A stretch of 56,244 bases of DNA, filler included, from an uncultured virus (IMG/VR IMGVR_UViG_2061766007_002158) (lineage: Duplodnaviria > Heunggongvirae > Uroviricota > Caudoviricetes). It is 6 parts of one record of this genome, joined end to end, with 100 filler letters (N's around TTAATTAATTAA, not from the genome) between each part and the next. Parts side by side here need not be neighbours in the genome. Positions count along the whole stretch, not along the records: positions 5,902 to 28,195 come from IMGVR_UViG_2061766007_002158; positions 28,296 to 36,627 come from IMGVR_UViG_2061766007_002158; 4 more parts are not named here. One strand, given 5' to 3'. Shown here piece after piece: positions 22,756 through 33,709 of this stretch; position 1 is the first letter of the stretch, and each line of letters starts with the position of its first letter. Below the pieces are notes generated by a model. That model searched no databases. It was not told the DNA's origin and saw only the letters and a program-made list of their open reading frames with translations. The translations under genes were made by a program, and so were the position numbers.

Positions 22756-22912
22756 ACATTGCCCGGCTGATCTTTATAGGCGTTACGCTGCTCGGCTATC
22801 CGGAGCGGGAGGTCCTTCACTCCTTCACGCTCCGGAAGCTGATGCTTTTGTTTACAGAATACCAGAAGTATCACGGTGAGTACAAGCCGCCGGTCACGAT
22901 TGACGATGTGAT
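22752..22912 (+). CDS. Chaperone extension ORF (lambda gpT analogue) in the -1 frame; alleles at 21675-21853 and 28035-28195
   Basis: LNIARLIFIGVTLLGYPEREVLHSFTLRKLMLLFTEYQK conserved with synonymous changes among three alleles. Confidence 0.65.
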
Positions 22913-23639
22913 NNNNNNNNNNNNNNNNNNNNNNNNNNNNNNNNNNNNNNNNNNNNNNNNNNNNNNNNNNNNNNNNNNNNNNNNNNNNNNNNNNNNNNNN
23001 NNNNNNNNNNNNNNNNNNNNNNNNNNNNNNNNNNNNNNNNNNNNNNNNNNNNNNNNNNNNNNNNNNNNNNNNNNNNNNNNNNNNNNNNNNNNNNNNNNNN
23101 NNNNNNNNNNNNNNNNNNNNNNNNNNNNNNNNNNNNNNNNNNNNNNNNNNNNNNNNNNNNNNNNNNNNNNNNNNNNNNNNNNNNNNNNNNNNNNNNNNNN
23201 NNNNNNNNNNNNNNNNNNNNNNNNNNNNNNNNNNNNNNNNNNNNNNNNNNNNNNNNNNNNNNNNNNNNNNNNNNNNNNNNNNNNNNNNNNNNNNNNNNNN
23301 NNNNNNNNNNNNNNNNNNNNNNNNNNNNNNNNNNNNNNNNNNNNNNNNNNNNNNNNNNNNNNNNNNNNNNNNNNNNNNNNNNNNNNNNNNNNNNNNNNNN
23401 NNNNNNNNNNNNNNNNNNNNNNNNNNNNNNNNNNNNNNNNNNNNNNNNNNNNNNNNNNNNNNNNNNNNNNNNNNNNNNNNNNNNNNNNNNNNNNNNNNNN
23501 NNNNNNNNNNNNNNNNNNNNNNNNNNNNNNNNNNNNNNNNNNNNNNNNNNNNNNNNNNNNNNNNNNNNNNNNNNNNNNNNNNNNNNNNNNNNNNNNNNNN
23601 NNNNNNNNNNNNNNNNNNNNNNNNNNNNNNNNNNNNNNN

Positions 23640-25995
23640 CACCAAATTCACGGCAAAGCAAGCGGGTGAGGCGCTGGAATACATGAGCATGGCGGGTTGG
23701 AAAACCGCCGACATGCTCGGCGGCATCGAGGGCGTGATGAACCTTGCCGCGGCGTCCGGTGAGGACCTCGGCAGGACTTCCGACATCGTCACCGATGCGC
23801 TGACTGCATTCGGCATGAAAGCGGGCGACGCGGGACATTTCGCGGACGTGCTGGCGGCGGCTTCCAGCAACGCCAACACGAATGTCGGCATGATGGGAGA
23901 GACGTTCAAATATGTCGGTGCTGCTGCCGGTGCGCTGCATTACAGCGCGGAGGACGTAGGTCTATCTATTGGGTTAATGGCGAATGCCGGCATCAAGGCG
24001 AGTCAGGCCGGTACGGAGCTGAATTCCATTTACACGCGATTAGCGGTTAATACCAACGGCGCACGCGACGCGATAGAGGATTTAAAAATTGAATTCTATA
24101 ATGTGGACGGGTCGGCGAGAAGCTGGGGAACGATTCTCGACGAACTAAGAGTCAAGACCGCAGATATGACCCAGAAGGAAAAGATCAGATTCGCTAATAC
24201 CGTAGCCGGTCAGAGGGCGCAGGCGGGATTGCTTGCTATGCTCAACGCGACATCCGCGGATTACGACAAGCTGACGAAATCCATCAACAACGCCGACGGC
24301 GCGGCGCAGCGCATGGCGGACACCATGCAGGACAATTTACAGGGGCAGTTGACCGTTTTAAAATCCGGGTTGGAAGGTACGGCTATCACGATTTATGAGT
24401 CCATGCAGAAGCCGCTCACCGAGGGAGTCAAGACGGCTGTTTCGACACTCAACGACCCGAGGATTCAGGACGGCGTGAAGAAGGTCGGGCAGCAGTTCGG
24501 GAACATCCTCGGCGAGGGTGCGAAGCTGGCGGCGAAATATGCGCCGGATTTCATTAAGGGATTTCAGAAAATCACGGCTTATCTTTCATCCTCTTCCTTC
24601 AAAAGCGGCGTCAAGGCTGGCGGCGAACTTCTGATGAACACCGGCAAGGTCGCTGTGGAGATCGGGAAGGTCGGTTTTCCGATACTGGCGAAAGGCACGG
24701 AGATGCTGGCAAAGTCCGGGAAGGTGCTNNNNNNNNNNAGCGGTGTGAAGGCGGTCGGCAAGCAGTTCGGCGATATGTTCGCAGGCGTGGCGAGATTCGC
24801 GGCACAGCATGCGCCGGAGTTTATAAAGGGCTTCCAGAGGGTGACGGCTTATCTTTCATCCTCTTCCTTCAAAAGCGGCGTCAAGGCTGGCGGNNNNNNN
24901 NNNGGTGCTGCTGACGACCGCGATTATCGGATTAAATGCGACACTCGGAAAGAGCGGCGATAAGTACANNNNNNNNNNGGCGATTTCCGGCGCGACGCAG
25001 GGCGAGATGGAGCAGCTCACGGCGAAAGCCAAGGAAATGGGCGGCACGACCAAATTCACAGCGAAGGAAGCCGGGGAAGCGCTGGAATACATGTCGATGG
25101 CAGGTTGGAAAACCGCCGACATGCTATCCGGCATCGGGGGAATTATGCACCTCGCNNNNNNNNNNGTACATGAGCATGGCCGGATGGAAAACCGCCGACA
25201 TGCTATCCGGCATCGGGGGAATTATGCACCTCGCTGCGGCATCCGGCGAGGACCTGGGAAGAACCTCCGACATTGTCACCGACGCCTTGACAGCCTTCGG
25301 CATGAAGGCGGCTGACGCGGGGCATTTCGCGGACGTACTGGCGGCGGCTTCCAGCAATGCCAACACGAATGTCGGCATGATGGGAGAGACGTTCAAATAT
25401 GTCGGCGCTATGGCGGGAACGCTGGGTTATTCCGCTGAGGACGTNNNNNNNNNNAAATGCCGGAATTAAAGCGAGTCAGGCAGGCACGGAACTCAACGCG
25501 ATTTACACCCGGCTTTCCGTTAACACTTCCCATGCGCGTGACGCGATCGAGGGATTGGGAATATCCTTCTATGATTCCAACGGTAAGGCAAGAGCCTGGG
25601 GAACGATTCTCGATCAGCTGAGAGTCAAGACCGCGAACATGACCGACGCGGAGAAGACCGCGTTTGCCAACCGCGTGGCAGGACAGAGAGCACAGGCGGG
25701 ATTGCTTGCTATGCTCAACGCCACTTCCGCGGATTANNNNNNNNNNTGAGATGAGGATCAAGACCGCGAACATGACCGACGCGGAAAAGACCGCGTTTGC
25801 CAACCGCGTGGCAGGACAAAGAGCACAGGCGGGATTGCTTGCTATGCTCAACGCCACTTCCGCGGATTACGACAAACTGACGAAATCCATCAACAACGCC
25901 GACGGCGCGGCACAGCGCATGGCGGACACCATGCAGGACAACCTTCAGGGGCAGTTGACCGTTTTAAAATCCGGGTTGGAAGGTACGGCTATCAC
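23640..25995 (+). CDS. Tape measure protein TP901-family core, multiple allelic fragments
   Basis: TKFTAK.AGEALEYMSMAGWK...LAAASGEDL...SDIVTDALTAFG...ADVLAAASSNANT. Confidence 0.9.
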
Positions 25996-26019
25996 NNNNN
26001 NNNNNTCCGGTTTAAAAAG

Positions 26020-26115
26020 TGTGGAGTTTTGAGTTTGGAGTTGAGGAGCGCTTCGCGCTGGAATATAGGCGCTCCTTCCGTCGCTGCGCGACACCTTCCT
26101 CTCCGAGGAAAGCTT
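26020..26115 (+). repeat. Heptamer-like repeats (TGGAGTT), 24-bp palindromic unit and REP-like double hairpin
   Basis: GTGGAGTTTTGAGTTTGGAGTTGAGGAG; GTCGCTGCGCGAC and TTCCTCTCCGAGGAA hairpins. Confidence 0.55.
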
Positions 26116-26137
26116 TACCTGAAAGGGGCTGAGCTGC

Positions 26138-26335
26138 ATGGGGGAGAAAAAACATACATGTAAATACTGCTTTGGGAATACGTCCAACGCGGATTGCGTC
26201 TGCACCTCATGCACGGCGAAGCTCGTGCAGGTGCGGAAGATACTGAAAATCGGGGAAATGATAAAGCATGGCGCAGAGATGGAAAAGGCGCTGCGGCGCG
26301 TTTTGTGGATGAAGGGAGGCGGGAACGATGGCTAA
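26138..26335 (+). CDS. Small Cys-rich (CxxC...CxxC) protein between the chaperone and tape measure genes
   Basis: 65-aa ORF, AAGGGG RBS, overlaps the tape measure start. Confidence 0.5.
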   Translation: MGEKKHTCKYCFGNTSNADCVCTSCTAKLVQVRKILKIGEMIKHGAEMEKALRRVLWMKGGGNDG

Positions 26336-26574
26336 TGCTGTAATAGGCGCTGAGATACGGCTCGAAGGCGAGAAGGATTTTAAACGAGCGGTTTCTTCGA
26401 TCAACACCGATCTGAAGCTGATGGGGTCGGAGCTGAAGAAGGTCGAAAGCGAGTACAAAGGCAACGAAAATTCCCTCTCGGCGCTCACTGCGAAAAGCGA
26501 ACAGTTTACCAAAATTGCCGAGGCGCAGCGGAAAAAGGTCGAGATTTTGCAGACTGCCGTTGAAAAATCCCGTG
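26328..26574 (+). CDS. Tape measure protein N-terminus
   Basis: MANAVIGAEIRLEGEKDFKRAVSSIN..LK...SELK; GGGAGG RBS. Confidence 0.85.
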
Positions 26575-26584
26575 NNNNNNNNNN

Positions 26585-27694
26585 TTGAAGAATGGTGGAA
26601 ATGTTGATCTGACCGAGGAAGGAAAGGAAACGGCGAAGACGCTCGCTGATGGGCTGATGACCGGGGAACCTGACGCGGAAAAAGCGGGAGAAAGGCTGAA
26701 AGATCGGTTTTTATCCGGTGCAAAGGATAAGACAGGCGATGCGGAAACAGCCGGTAACAGATTAGTCGATTCGTTCCTTAGTCCGCTCGGCTCACCCACT
26801 CCGCAGACGGAGGCGAAAAAAGACGGTCAGGCGACTGCCGACGCCTATGCGGACGGTGTGAAAAGCAAGACAGGCGCGGCGGAAAATGCGGGAGACAGCG
26901 TTTCCAATTCCGCCGTGAAGGGGCTTGGCAATTCCGACGGCGACGCGGAAAACGCCGGTAAAAAAGCCGGGACGCACTATTCCGGCGGCGTGGACAGTCA
27001 GAAGGGCAAGGCAAAACAAGCCGGTAAAAACGCCGGTGACGCGGCTGTGAAGGGCATGGTTTCCGCGAAGGCTGCCGCATCGACAGGCGGTCAGGGCATC
27101 GGCAGCGCGTTTTCCACCGGCATTATTGCCGGTATCAATGCGAAACTTGCTCCCGTGAAGCGTGCCGCGGGGGTCTTGGTCAACAATGCTGTGGAATTCG
27201 CTCGAAAAGTCGCAGATGTGAATTCCCCTTCCAAGAAGAGCCGAGACCTCGTAGGCAAACCGCTCGGCGAGGGCGTTGTGGTGGGNNNNNNNNNNATTCG
27301 CCGGGCTGCCATCGATATGGTCAGCAGCGGTATCAATGCCGCGAAAAAATTTGCAGGCATTAATTCACCTTCCAAAAAGAGCCGAGACCTCGTAGGCAAA
27401 CCGCTCGGCGAGGGCGTTGTGGTGGGTCTGGAACAGTCCTATTCCGCTGCCGGGAAAAAGGCGGCGGAGCTGACAAGCAACATCATCGAGAAAATGCGCT
27501 CCGCTTCCGCTTCGGCTGCGGCAAAGCTCAGTGATGGCGGTGCTTCCGGCGGCTTCGGTCGTGCCGGAGCGGTCGGCGGAGGAAGCAGCAAGACAATCAA
27601 CATCCGATACGAAAATACATTTAATTCCGCGTCGGCGCGGGACGGTGACGCCCTGCTCCGGCAGCTCGACAGGGCATTGGGGGCGAAGCTATGA
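26585..27694 (+). CDS. Tape measure protein C-terminus, alleles B/C
   Basis: Homologous to the 3' part of 16546-18821; two INSPSKKSRDLVG variants across a gap. Confidence 0.85.
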   Translation: MKNGGNVDLTEEGKETAKTLADGLMTGEPDAEKAGERLKDRFLSGAKDKTGDAETAGNRLVDSFLSPLGSPTPQTEAKKDGQATADAYADGVKSKTGAAENAGDSVSNSAVKGLGNSDGDAENAGKKAGTHYSGGVDSQKGKAKQAGKNAGDAAVKGMVSAKAAASTGGQGIGSAFSTGIIAGINAKLAPVKRAAGVLVNNAVEFARKVADVNSPSKKSRDLVGKPLGEGVVVXXXXIRRAAIDMVSSGINAAKKFAGINSPSKKSRDLVGKPLGEGVVVGLEQSYSAAGKKAAELTSNIIEKMRSASASAAAKLSDGGASGGFGRAGAVGGGSSKTINIRYENTFNSASARDGDALLRQLDRALGAKL

Positions 27695-27915
27695 GAGACG
27701 AAACCGAAAGCCGCAGATACAGGCAATTCCGGCTGATTAATGCCGCCGGGGAGGAGTATGATCTCTGCGATCTCTCCCATGCCTTCTACAGCCCTGACGG
27801 GCTGGGATTCAAGAGGGACATCAGNNNNNNNNNNTGCTGGGGAGGAGTACGATCTCTGCAATCTTTCCCATGCCTTCTACAGCCCTGACGGGCTGGGATT
27901 CAAGAGGGACATCAG
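27691..27915 (+). CDS. Dit N-terminal fragments
   Basis: YRQFRLINAAGEEYDLCDLSHAFYSPDGLGFKRDI. Confidence 0.7.
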
Positions 27916-28295
27916 NNNNNNNNNNCGTCCGCTTTCTGGTGACGCTGCTGCTCAATGAGTCGCAGGACGCGCCGGAATCCGGTTTNNNNNNNNNNCGACG
28001 GAGACGACCTCCCGGAAGCGGCAGCCGGGCAAGGCTGAACATTGCCCGGCTGATCTTCATAGGCGTTACGCTGCTCGGCTATCCGGAGCGCGATGTTCTT
28101 CATTCCTTCACGCTCCGGAAGCTGATGCTGCTTTTTACAGAATATCAGAAGTATCACGGTGAGTACAAGCCGCCGGTCACGATTGACGATGTGATNNNNN
28201 NNNNNNNNNNNNNNNNNNNNNNNNNNNNNNNNNNNNNNNTTAATTAATTAANNNNNNNNNNNNNNNNNNNNNNNNNNNNNNNNNNNNNNNNNNNN

Positions 28296-28680
28296 CGACG
28301 GCTGCGGCATTTCAGCGTCCGGTGCGAGTATCACCGTTGCGGCCGGAAGGATTGTTGCGGGAGGTGCGCTGGTTGTCATCGAAAGCACGACCGTCACCGC
28401 GTCGGCTGCCGGTGAGCTGGTGCTGAGAATTGACACGAGCGGCGAAGGAACCGCGTCCATCCTGGCGCGAACTGCCGTCACCCTGACAAAGCAGGACATT
28501 ACAGGTGCCGGCACAGTATACGAGGTGCAGATTGCTACATTCGGATTTACATCCGGGGCGGTTTCCGGCCTGTCGGTGAAGATCGGAACAGCAAAACCAG
28601 TAAGCTCATCGGGAAGCGGCATTTACGTCCAGCAGTCAGCGCCGTCTTCGCCCGCGTCGGGTGATCTGTGGCTGTGGTAA
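28296..28680 (+). CDS. Baseplate/tail structural protein, allele of 11243-11624
   Basis: Near-identical translation ending SPASGDLWLW*. Confidence 0.7.
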
Positions 28681-28740
28681 ATTAGTGATTAGTGATTAGT
28701 GGACAGTTCACAGATAGTGAACAGTGGACAGTGATCACTA
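28681..28740 (+). repeat. Intergenic heptamer repeats (ATTAGTG / ACAGTG variants)
   Basis: ATTAGTGATTAGTGATTAGTGGACAGT...GAACAGTGGACAGTG. Confidence 0.65.
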
Positions 28741-28756
28741 AAAAGAAGGTGTTTTT

Positions 28757-29326
28757 TTGAGTATTAAACGATATACCGGGGCGGCTTTTGCGGAGGTGGC
28801 TTCGCGGAAACGGTGGAACGGTTCCGGCTGGGTTGATCTCACCATCGGAAAGCGCTGGAACGGGTCGGCATGGGTGGATTTATGGAGTGCTTCCGGCGGC
28901 TCGGGCGGGAATAATTCTGACGTAATTAACGCGCCTCAAAACCGTTCTGGCGTGTTATTCTCCGATATGAAATCTACCGTCAACTCGCCCACCGTGCATT
29001 ATTCCGCTTCATATGACGTTTCTGATTCTTCCATCGTTCTGACATTCAAAGGCTGGCTCAATTCGTCCGCTTCCTCGCTCGGTTCGGGCATTAAACTGAC
29101 GATTTTTGCAAGGCTAAACGGCGGCTCGTGGAAAAATTCCGTCATTAAATCCGGCAGCGTTGTGTGGAGAGGAACGACAAAGCATTCTGCTTCAATTACA
29201 TTTAGCGGCGTTAAGGGCGGCAGGAACAAGCTTGAATTTTACATCACGCGCGCTGGTTCGTCCTACAGCGGTTCCGCCGGAAGCATCGGCAGTTCTTCAA
29301 ATCCGAAAACGTATTACATCAATTAG
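28757..29326 (+). CDS. Tail-region protein with KRWNGxxWV repeats
   Basis: Allele of 11727-12314; conserved N-terminus, diverged C-terminal beta domain. Confidence 0.7.
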   Translation: MSIKRYTGAAFAEVASRKRWNGSGWVDLTIGKRWNGSAWVDLWSASGGSGGNNSDVINAPQNRSGVLFSDMKSTVNSPTVHYSASYDVSDSSIVLTFKGWLNSSASSLGSGIKLTIFARLNGGSWKNSVIKSGSVVWRGTTKHSASITFSGVKGGRNKLEFYITRAGSSYSGSAGSIGSSSNPKTYYIN

Positions 29327-29342
29327 CAAGGGGGCGAATAAT

Positions 29343-31562
29343 ATGCAGGATTATATGCCGCAAAAAAAAGACATAAACGGCACATTTGACGACATTTATG
29401 TTAAACAATACGATAACAAGAGTCGGCTTCTTCAATATCAGATTATAGACAAAGACCTCGGTGCGGACTTCCCTATGTCTTTGCAAGGGTGTACCGCCCG
29501 CATGTATGTTGATACAGGCGCGGAGGGAGTATTGATTACAGGAGAAATCGCTGACGGGGATAACGGAATTATCAATTTCTTGCTTCCCAACAGCGCTACC
29601 CAGAATCCAGGGGTATTCCCCTGTGAAATCCGGCTGACCGATACGGCCGACCGGTCCCTTATCTCAACCAAGCCTTTCATGCTGCATGTGGAGGAGTCCA
29701 TCTTCAATGATGACGGATTTGAAGGAACCGAAGAACTCAGCGCCTTACAGCAGGCATTGAATGATGTGGANNNNNNNNNNCACGCGCATGTGAAGCCGTT
29801 ATACCTCGCGGAGATTGACGGCTATGCTGCCCAGTCGATTGCCTACATAGGAAACGGCATTTATTGCATAGGTTTCACAAAATGTAGCGACACTGTTAAC
29901 TCATTGATTATCGTTTATAATGAACTAACTAAAACTATTATAGGCAGCGCCGAAGGGCAATTTGGGCACATAAACTCATTGGGGTATGACGGAGAGTATC
30001 TATATGCACCCAATGACGCTGGCACAGCGATAAATAGATTTAAAGTAAATGTATTGAGTAACGGAATTACTATTACCACAATATCTCCTCTTACATTGGA
30101 CGCCAATACTACCATTTGGAGCGTTTTCGATTATAACAATGAGATTTATATATTTGGCGAAAAAGGCGGGAGCAGATGCTTTTGGAGATTAAACAATGCT
30201 TCTGTGCAAATTAATGTCACTCTACCTGTAGAAAAGCCGCGAACCGGTCAGAGCTGGGCGACCGACGGGAAATACTTGTACTGGTTAAGTAGTAACCCGA
30301 ACGCGGTTGCAATATTTGATTTTAGCACAGGAGAATTTATCCGATGGTCTGAGATCGGGGACTTTGTAGGCGGCGTCATGATGCTTGGCGAAGTTGAAAT
30401 GATGTGTTTTGCTGGGGGGCGGGCTAAGATAATATCTCAGTATTATTATCCCAATAGCATTAGCCACAATAAGCGATATTGGTTATTCTCCGATATGTTG
30501 TGGTCAAAGCACATTCCGGCAGAGCAGCAGCATTGGTATCCTAACGCGGCTCGAAACATTTATGTATCCAATGAATATCCTCAAGGGGTTTCTATTCGCA
30601 CCAACAAAGGATTAACATATCCAGCAGAACAGCAAACTGGCACTCAGAATTATCCGTATCCGTCATTGGAAACAGCGCTCTACGCAGCTATGGCGACACC
30701 TAATAATCAAACTAAAATCATCATGATGAGTACAAATCATAATTATGTGATAGACGATCTTGTTCTTCGGTTACCCACCAGTCTTTCTATTGAGTGTTTA
30801 GGGCAGGTTACATTCACGCATCTCCATTTGCCATCTGGAAATTTAACGATTACGGGCAATGCACGCTTTGAAAAAATATCAACTACTCCAAGATCACAAC
30901 TACAAATAATCGGAGGCACATTTACCGCTTCCGGAAGAAACAACGATGAGGCACCGTATTCTTTGGCAGGCACAATTTCGATTGTTGGCGCTAAATATAT
31001 TGGAGGTTCAGATGAACAGATATTTGATTTTGCGGCAGGAGCTAATGGCGTAGTAGGGTTTATAACAGAAGATATTGGATGTACAGCACCGCGTTCCAAC
31101 AACTTTCAGCAACTCAATCTTACATTATTAAATGTTCTTAACGGTGGTTATCGTGAACGGTGGACGCCGATATATTCAGGTGACGCACCGATTATAATTG
31201 GTAGTGCAGTTCCAACTGTTCTGCCGGACTTCTATGTGAACGACAATGTTGTAGTTCGTATAAAGTGGAGGTCTGAGAGTGACGAGTATTACAATACTAT
31301 TACTCATGTCAACGGAGATACAATAGTAGACTTAACGACTATGATAGGAAGTGGTGTCAACACTAAATATCGAGTTATTAAAATACGCCTTCGCCCACGA
31401 AAATATGATAGCCAGAACGATGCATGGATAGATGGTGATATTCGAGTGATGAGTTTGACAGATTATTCTATTATAGAAGGTTTATTAACTTCAACTGTGG
31501 CAAACTCAGATATTTTGCCGCAAGGATTAGAAATTAAAGAAATTTCCGTAAGAGGATATTAA
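29343..31562 (+). CDS. BppU N-terminal domain + beta-propeller-like receptor-binding protein (gap at 29771-29780)
   Basis: YVKQYDNKSR...PGVFPCEIRL...STKPF BppU; FGHINSLGYDG, GQSWATDGKYLY, LGEVE; homolog of 8767-10726. Confidence 0.75.
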   Translation: MQDYMPQKKDINGTFDDIYVKQYDNKSRLLQYQIIDKDLGADFPMSLQGCTARMYVDTGAEGVLITGEIADGDNGIINFLLPNSATQNPGVFPCEIRLTDTADRSLISTKPFMLHVEESIFNDDGFEGTEELSALQQALNDVXXXXHAHVKPLYLAEIDGYAAQSIAYIGNGIYCIGFTKCSDTVNSLIIVYNELTKTIIGSAEGQFGHINSLGYDGEYLYAPNDAGTAINRFKVNVLSNGITITTISPLTLDANTTIWSVFDYNNEIYIFGEKGGSRCFWRLNNASVQINVTLPVEKPRTGQSWATDGKYLYWLSSNPNAVAIFDFSTGEFIRWSEIGDFVGGVMMLGEVEMMCFAGGRAKIISQYYYPNSISHNKRYWLFSDMLWSKHIPAEQQHWYPNAARNIYVSNEYPQGVSIRTNKGLTYPAEQQTGTQNYPYPSLETALYAAMATPNNQTKIIMMSTNHNYVIDDLVLRLPTSLSIECLGQVTFTHLHLPSGNLTITGNARFEKISTTPRSQLQIIGGTFTASGRNNDEAPYSLAGTISIVGAKYIGGSDEQIFDFAAGANGVVGFITEDIGCTAPRSNNFQQLNLTLLNVLNGGYRERWTPIYSGDAPIIIGSAVPTVLPDFYVNDNVVVRIKWRSESDEYYNTITHVNGDTIVDLTTMIGSGVNTKYRVIKIRLRPRKYDSQNDAWIDGDIRVMSLTDYSIIEGLLTSTVANSDILPQGLEIKEISVRGY

Positions 31563-31572
31563 AATTTGAGAG

Positions 31573-33699
31573 GTGAGGCAATCAATGATAGATTATATTC
31601 CCGGTGGCTCGGTGGATGTTCACGCCGAACTTAAGCCGTTTCAAATTAAGCAATACGATAACAACAGCCACAAGCTGTATTTGACCGTCATCGACCGGGA
31701 CAACCCCTTCGGAAAGACCGTCAATCTGGAAGGGCATACGGTCACAGCCTATTTCCGACTGCCCGACGGGAGCGACGAACATGTTGTCTGCGAGATTGTA
31801 AAAGCCAAAACCGGGCGCATTGCCGTGCCGTTCCCCGGCTCCGTCACGCAGCAGATCGGCACAGTGCAATGCGAGATTCGCATTGTGGGAGAAGGCATGA
31901 GCATTGTCTCGCTGCGGAAATTTACCTTTGAGGTGATGGAATCCATCTACGATTCGGCTTCCATCGAGGCAACCGAGAAATATTCCGCGCTGGACGTACT
32001 CATCTCGCAGGCGCAGGGCTACCGCAACGAGCTGGATTCCCTGCAAGCTGAGCTGGATGGGCTGGGACTCGACGAGATCAGGGAGCGGCTGGAAACCGTC
32101 GCCGCCGGTCTCACGACGGTTCAGGAGAATATTGAAGATTTGCAAAGCTGCATCTCTACGCAGGAGGAGTTTCTGTCGCTCTTTGACAGGAGCTACGACG
32201 TGGCAAGCAGCGGTGGCGAAACAGGTGGAGACACGCCCGTTGTCATTACCGCACCATCCGCACCTGCCAATGTGACGGCGACGGCGGGAGACAGCAGCAT
32301 TGCAATATCGTGGAGTGCTGTAGCTGGTGCGGAGTATTACGCGGTGGAGCGGACGACAAACGGAGGTGCGTCATGGACGACCATCGCTTCCAATATTACA
32401 GGCACAAATTACACGGACAGCACTGCAGTTGCCGGTACAAGCTATCGCTACGCGGTGACGGCGCACAAAACCTTCGGCTCCGGTGTTCTGAGCAGCGGGC
32501 GAGGCGCTTTGTCAGAAACAGTCTCGATACAGCAAGCCCCGGTCGCGGAGACGCCTCCTGCAGCGCCCGCCAGCATTACCGCGACGGCGGGAAGCGGAAG
32601 CATTGCGGTGACGTGGGCGGAGTCCTCCGGCGCTGCGTATTACACGCTGGAACGCAAGGCTGGTAGTGGCACGTGGAGCGCCATTGCTCAGAATTACACC
32701 GGCAGGAGCTACACAGACAGCTCCGTAACGGCGGGAACCACCTACCAGTACCGCGTGACGGCACACAAGACCGGCACGTCCGGCGTATTGAGCAGCAGCC
32801 CGACAACCTCCGACGCGGTCACGGCGCAGGCTGGCACGCCGAGTGGGAATGTAACGCTCAACGCGCCTGCCTCTGTAACGGCTACGGCTGGGAGCGGTCA
32901 GATATTGGTGACGTGGGGGGCTGTGTCCGGTGCAAGCCGGTATCAATTGGAACGGTCGGCAGACAACGGCGCTACTTGGACGACGCTCTTGCTGTACCAG
33001 ACTGCAAACAGTTACACTGATACCACAGTTGCTTCCGGAACCAGTTACAAGTACCGCGTGACAGCGTTTTCATCCTCTGGTGATACAAGCCCCGCCGCTG
33101 TCTCGTCCTCCACGACTCCGCAGGCGGCTCCGGCGGCTGTGATCGGAGGCAACGCGATCCTGTCTTCGGAAACCGCCGCGGCAGTGGTAGGCAACATCAC
33201 TGTTGGCTGGAATTTGGGCAACACCCTTGATTGCTGTAACGATCCTGTGCAGCTCCGTACCGGTCAAGCAAACAGAGCATTTGGCGCTGGAATACGATCT
33301 ATTGGATCTGAGAATGAGGGCAAGGCCTATGAAACAAGCTGGGGCGACACGCCTATTACCACACAGGAAATGTTGGAGGCGGTTGTTAATGCCGGGTTCA
33401 ATGCAATAAGGATTCCCGTAACTTGGAACCATCATCTAAGAGACGCGGCGTTGCCTTACGATTGGGGTTTAGATGTAATAGACAGCGGCAGATATACCAC
33501 TGATATTACGGAATATCCGAATCTTAGCGGGACCGTCATCATTTCGCCGTTTTTCCTTAAACGTGTGAAAGAGGTCGTCAACATGGCTCTCAACGCGGGT
33601 TTCCAATATGTTATTCTCAACACGCATCATGATACGGCCGATTATAACTCTGCGAGCAGCAGAACGCTGTATTATGCCAAAAATGTAACAGGATTACCG
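31573..33699 (+). CDS. BppU - coiled coil - 3x fibronectin type III - glycoside hydrolase family 5 (N-terminal half) fusion
   Basis: IKQYDNNSH...G.VQCEIRI BppU; three PxxVTATAG..I.V.W...Y..ER...YTD...G..Y.YRVTA FN3 repeats; GWNLGNTLD, ETSWG, GFNAIRIPVTW, ILNTHHD GH5 motifs, all on one contig. Confidence 0.9.
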
Positions 33700-33709
33700 N
33701 NNNNNNNNN

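Noticed and set aside
11655..28740. CRISPR array
   Set aside because: Only 7-bp tandem units and two distant 24-mers; no repeat-spacer periodicity and no cas genes
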